Shown piece by piece: positions 61,034-64,000 of a stretch of DNA of 64,000 nucleotides. The stretch's first letter is position 1, and each line of letters starts with the position of its first letter. The notes under the pieces are model-generated. The model was not told where the DNA came from. It did no database searches and saw nothing but the letters and a program-made list of their open reading frames with translations. Origin of the DNA: Felis catus (Eukaryota); contig NC_058383.1 in the NCBI RefSeq assembly GCF_018350175.1, forward strand, positions 3,596,001 to 3,660,000, in the 5' to 3' direction. The position numbers were made by a program, and so were the translations under genes.

Positions 61034-63923
61034 GCTAATTCAATCTCTTTATTTGTTGTAGATCCATTCAGACTTTCTACTTTTTCCTGAGACACTCTTG
61101 GTGGTTTGCAAATTTCTAGGTATTTGTCTCTCTCCTCTGTTACCACAGTTATCTCTGTAATTGATCATAGAATTCTCTTATAATCTCTTTTATTTTTGTC
61201 AAGTCACTAAGCACGCCATCTCTTTCCGTCTTGATTTTAGTATTTTGACTCTTCTGGTTTTTTCTCTTGGTCAGTTTGTCAATTCTGTTGGTCTTTTCAA
61301 GAACCCATTTTTGTTCCGTTGATATTATTCTACACTGATTTTCTAGTCTCTATTTCATCATATTCCTGCTGTCATCTTTAAGACTTCCTTCTTTCTACTT
61401 GCTTTGGGTTTTGCTTGCTTTTCTTTTTCTTGTTGCTTAAGGTGGAAAGGCTGGTGATTGGTTTGAACCATCCCTCCCTCTTTGTGTTTTGTTTTGTTTA
61501 ATTTCTATAAATGTCCCTTAAGCCATCTTTGCCTGCATTCTGTAAATCTTGGTATGTTGCATTTTTTTTCGTTCATGCTAAAATACTTTTTAATTGTGTG
61601 ATTTCTTCTTTCACCCATGGGTTACTTAGGAGTGTGTTTTTTTGGTTCTGTGTCTCTCTGAGGTTCCCAAATTGTCTCCCGCCATTAATCCCTCATGTAA
61701 TTCAACTGTCGTTGGGAAGTGTATTTAGGATCATTTCAACCTTAAGCGTACAACTTCTCCACATCTCTGAGGCTCCCCTTCATGGTCCTCCGGCCAAGGC
61801 TCACGGCCCCGGTCACTGCGGTCTGCTGGCCACCTGTGCGATCAGGACTGCACCTGGGCCCACGTGGAGGGAGGACAGGGAGAGAAAAGTCCCCAGGGTT
61901 GGTGCCCTTTTGAGGGTCCCAGCTCCACTGAACATAGAAGGAAGCGCCCCTCTCTGAGTTTGGGCTCCCACTGGCCCCTTCGCCAGCCACTGTCCCTGGG
62001 ACTGTCCGGGGGCTGGGAGATGAGACAATGGGGGAATTGAGAGGGAAGGAAGAAAAGGAAGCCCAGGGCACTGCTGTGCTTTCTGGGTACTAGGGTTCCC
62101 TTTTTCCAACTTTAAGCCAGGGCTAGAAGCTTCCCCTGAGCACTCACTCCCTGCCTGTGCCCCACAGCTCACGTCTGGGTTTCCAGCTGCATTAAACCCA
62201 GGCTGGAGGGAAAACATGGCAGCCGCTGGCATCGCCACTGGTAATGCTTTAAATCAGGGTCATTGGATACAGGGGAAAACACAGGTTCTTACCCAGAACC
62301 GGGACCTGAATGGGATCTTAGAAACCAAAAGGAGAAGAGAAACGCGGATTAATATGAATCCACTCTTTTTGCAGGAAAGACAAGTTTGAAGAGAGAAGTG
62401 AGCTCCTGAGGGAAATGTGGAGGCAGAGAGTTTCTCTTAGATAAAAAAGGAGTATCTCCTGGGTGTGTGGAGCACAGGCCACAGGACAGACAGGGACCTC
62501 TGCCAAACTGTGCCCAGACCTCAGAGACAGCTGTCCCCAGGGATGTGGATTCAGTCTGAACTCCCGGCTTTACCAGAGATTCCAGGACCCCAGACCTAGC
62601 TCCGAGGCAGCAGTAAAGCTTCAGATTCGCAGGGTCCGTGGGAGCTGGCGATGGGGTCCCTGCGTTCACCCATCTATGACCCCAAGCACCCTCTCAGCCG
62701 CCTCTGCCCTGCCTGGAACTCCAAAGGCGAGGCTCAGTCTAGAAGCTTCAGAGGGAGAGTGTCGTAAAAATGCCTCTTGTATTCCCACCGGCCAAGCAGA
62801 GATAAAATTACGCAGATTTAAAGACACGGAAGACGTAAAACCATTGCTGGCACACCCAAGTTGTGGACCAAGTTTCCCGTCCGTCCCCCCACCCCACCCC
62901 CCACCAGCCACACACGCACAGTAATAAATAGTAAACAGAGACCTAACCTTTGTGGAAAGGAGAATTTTTAGCAAATACAGGAGGCTGCCAAAGCCAGGGA
63001 CTCTTACTCAGGCAAATGATTACGGCTTGGATTTTATTTCTAAGCATCTTCTGAGCATTATGTTGTCACCCATAATAAGTGGCCTTCTCGCACACGGGGT
63101 GGAAGATCCTAATTGGCCCTGGTGAAGGAATCTTTCATACGTTTCAGGAGGGAAAGGATGGGCCGCATATGCAGTAACACTAATGGTTCCATTTTTTAAG
63201 ACACTGAGTATTGTTTATGCGCCGTTCTTATTTTATTGCGTGCAGATCACCAATCGTTCATCCCGAGTAGAGGGCTGCGTTGCCGGGGGGGAGGGGCAGC
63301 GTGCATTTCATTTACTGGCAGCTAGGAGCCTCCTTGATTGCTTTTTCTCTCCCTGCTGAGGTCAGTAACCAGCTCCGATATGATTTCTGCTGAATCAGTT
63401 TGCTGTGATTTGTCTTGTCCGCCTGCCCAACGTTAATTATATCTCCCGATGGGCGCTGGGCTAAAATATAGAGCATATCTCAATAGAGGAAAAAAGTATT
63501 TCTCCTTATTTGATGGCCCTTCATTTTGACTTTCAGCTCCCTCTCCGCCTTTCCAAGGTCTGTAATCAATAGTCACGTGGCTCTGGGTCCTTTATCCGGG
63601 AGAAATGGGGAGACCCTGGCGGTACTTTCTTTTCAGACTTCAGAATCCAGAGTTAATGTAGGGATAAAAGGACTTTATTCTCCTTCCCTTTCCAGTGAAA
63701 TGCAGTCTCAACCCCTTATTTTAAAATAGTCCTCCCTTCTAGAAATCTGCTAAATTTCTCTCGTCTACCTTCTGGGAAATTTCTATGGTTCATCTGATGG
63801 AAAGAGAGCTCTGCCCCCAGGTGATCAAAAGTAAAACCAAAGTTCAAGCTAAGAACTAAAAAAAATAAAATAAAACCAAGAAAACCTTTTCTCAAAGAGA
63901 AACGAATTTGTTCTCCAATTTAC

Positions 63924-64000
63924 TTTTTTTTTTTTTTTAATGTTTGTTTTCGAGAGAGAGCGAGAGACAGAGCACGAGCAGGGGAGGGGCAGAGAGAGAG
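63924..64000 (-). mobile_element. Can-SINE tail end, cut by the window edge
   Basis: T run, (GA)n, gcaggggaggggcagagagagag. Confidence 0.85.

Larger units (their letters stand above)
57160..61745 (-). mobile_element. Large decayed L1M(A/B-like): 3' UTR and most of ORF2
   Basis: [16 protein letters not shown]...FNAIPIKIP...[15 protein letters not shown] (58796-59035, minus strand). L1 sequence resumes after the SINE and after the AT tract. Confidence 0.88.

Noticed and set aside
1..64000. Novel multi-gene system, CRISPR array or prokaryote-like locus
   Set aside because: The sequence is mammalian intron/UTR/intergenic DNA. There is no regularly spaced repeat-spacer array and no operon-like gene cluster.

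Overview
This is mammalian DNA, almost certainly from a felid, judged by the abundant Can-SINE/SINEC_Fc-type elements. The only protein-coding content I can support is the 3' end of SDK1 (Sidekick-1) on the + strand. Its last three coding exons (1495-1615, 2022-2151, 14306-14557) splice in frame and end in the C-terminal motif ...TGFSSFV*. A 3' UTR of up to about 3.5 kb follows, with several AATAAA signals. The rest (about 18-64 kb) looks intergenic. It holds GC/CpG-rich patches, most of the window's roughly 27 Can-SINEs, large decayed L1 remnants, LTR and DNA-transposon relics, microsatellites and a ~1 kb almost pure A/T tract. I see no CRISPR array, RNA gene, intact mobile element or novel multi-gene system, and most listed ORFs are GC-rich or repeat-derived noise. 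The best leads are: (1) a candidate intronic polyadenylation site that would give SDK1 an alternative Cys-rich tail lacking the PDZ-binding motif; (2) tandem 3' UTR poly(A) sites separating miR-124/miR-9 seed matches; (3) the 1 kb AT expansion inside an old L1; (4) old repeats that appear to have gained G/C. Repeat family names and comparisons with human SDK1 come from memory, not from a search, and old-repeat boundaries are approximate.
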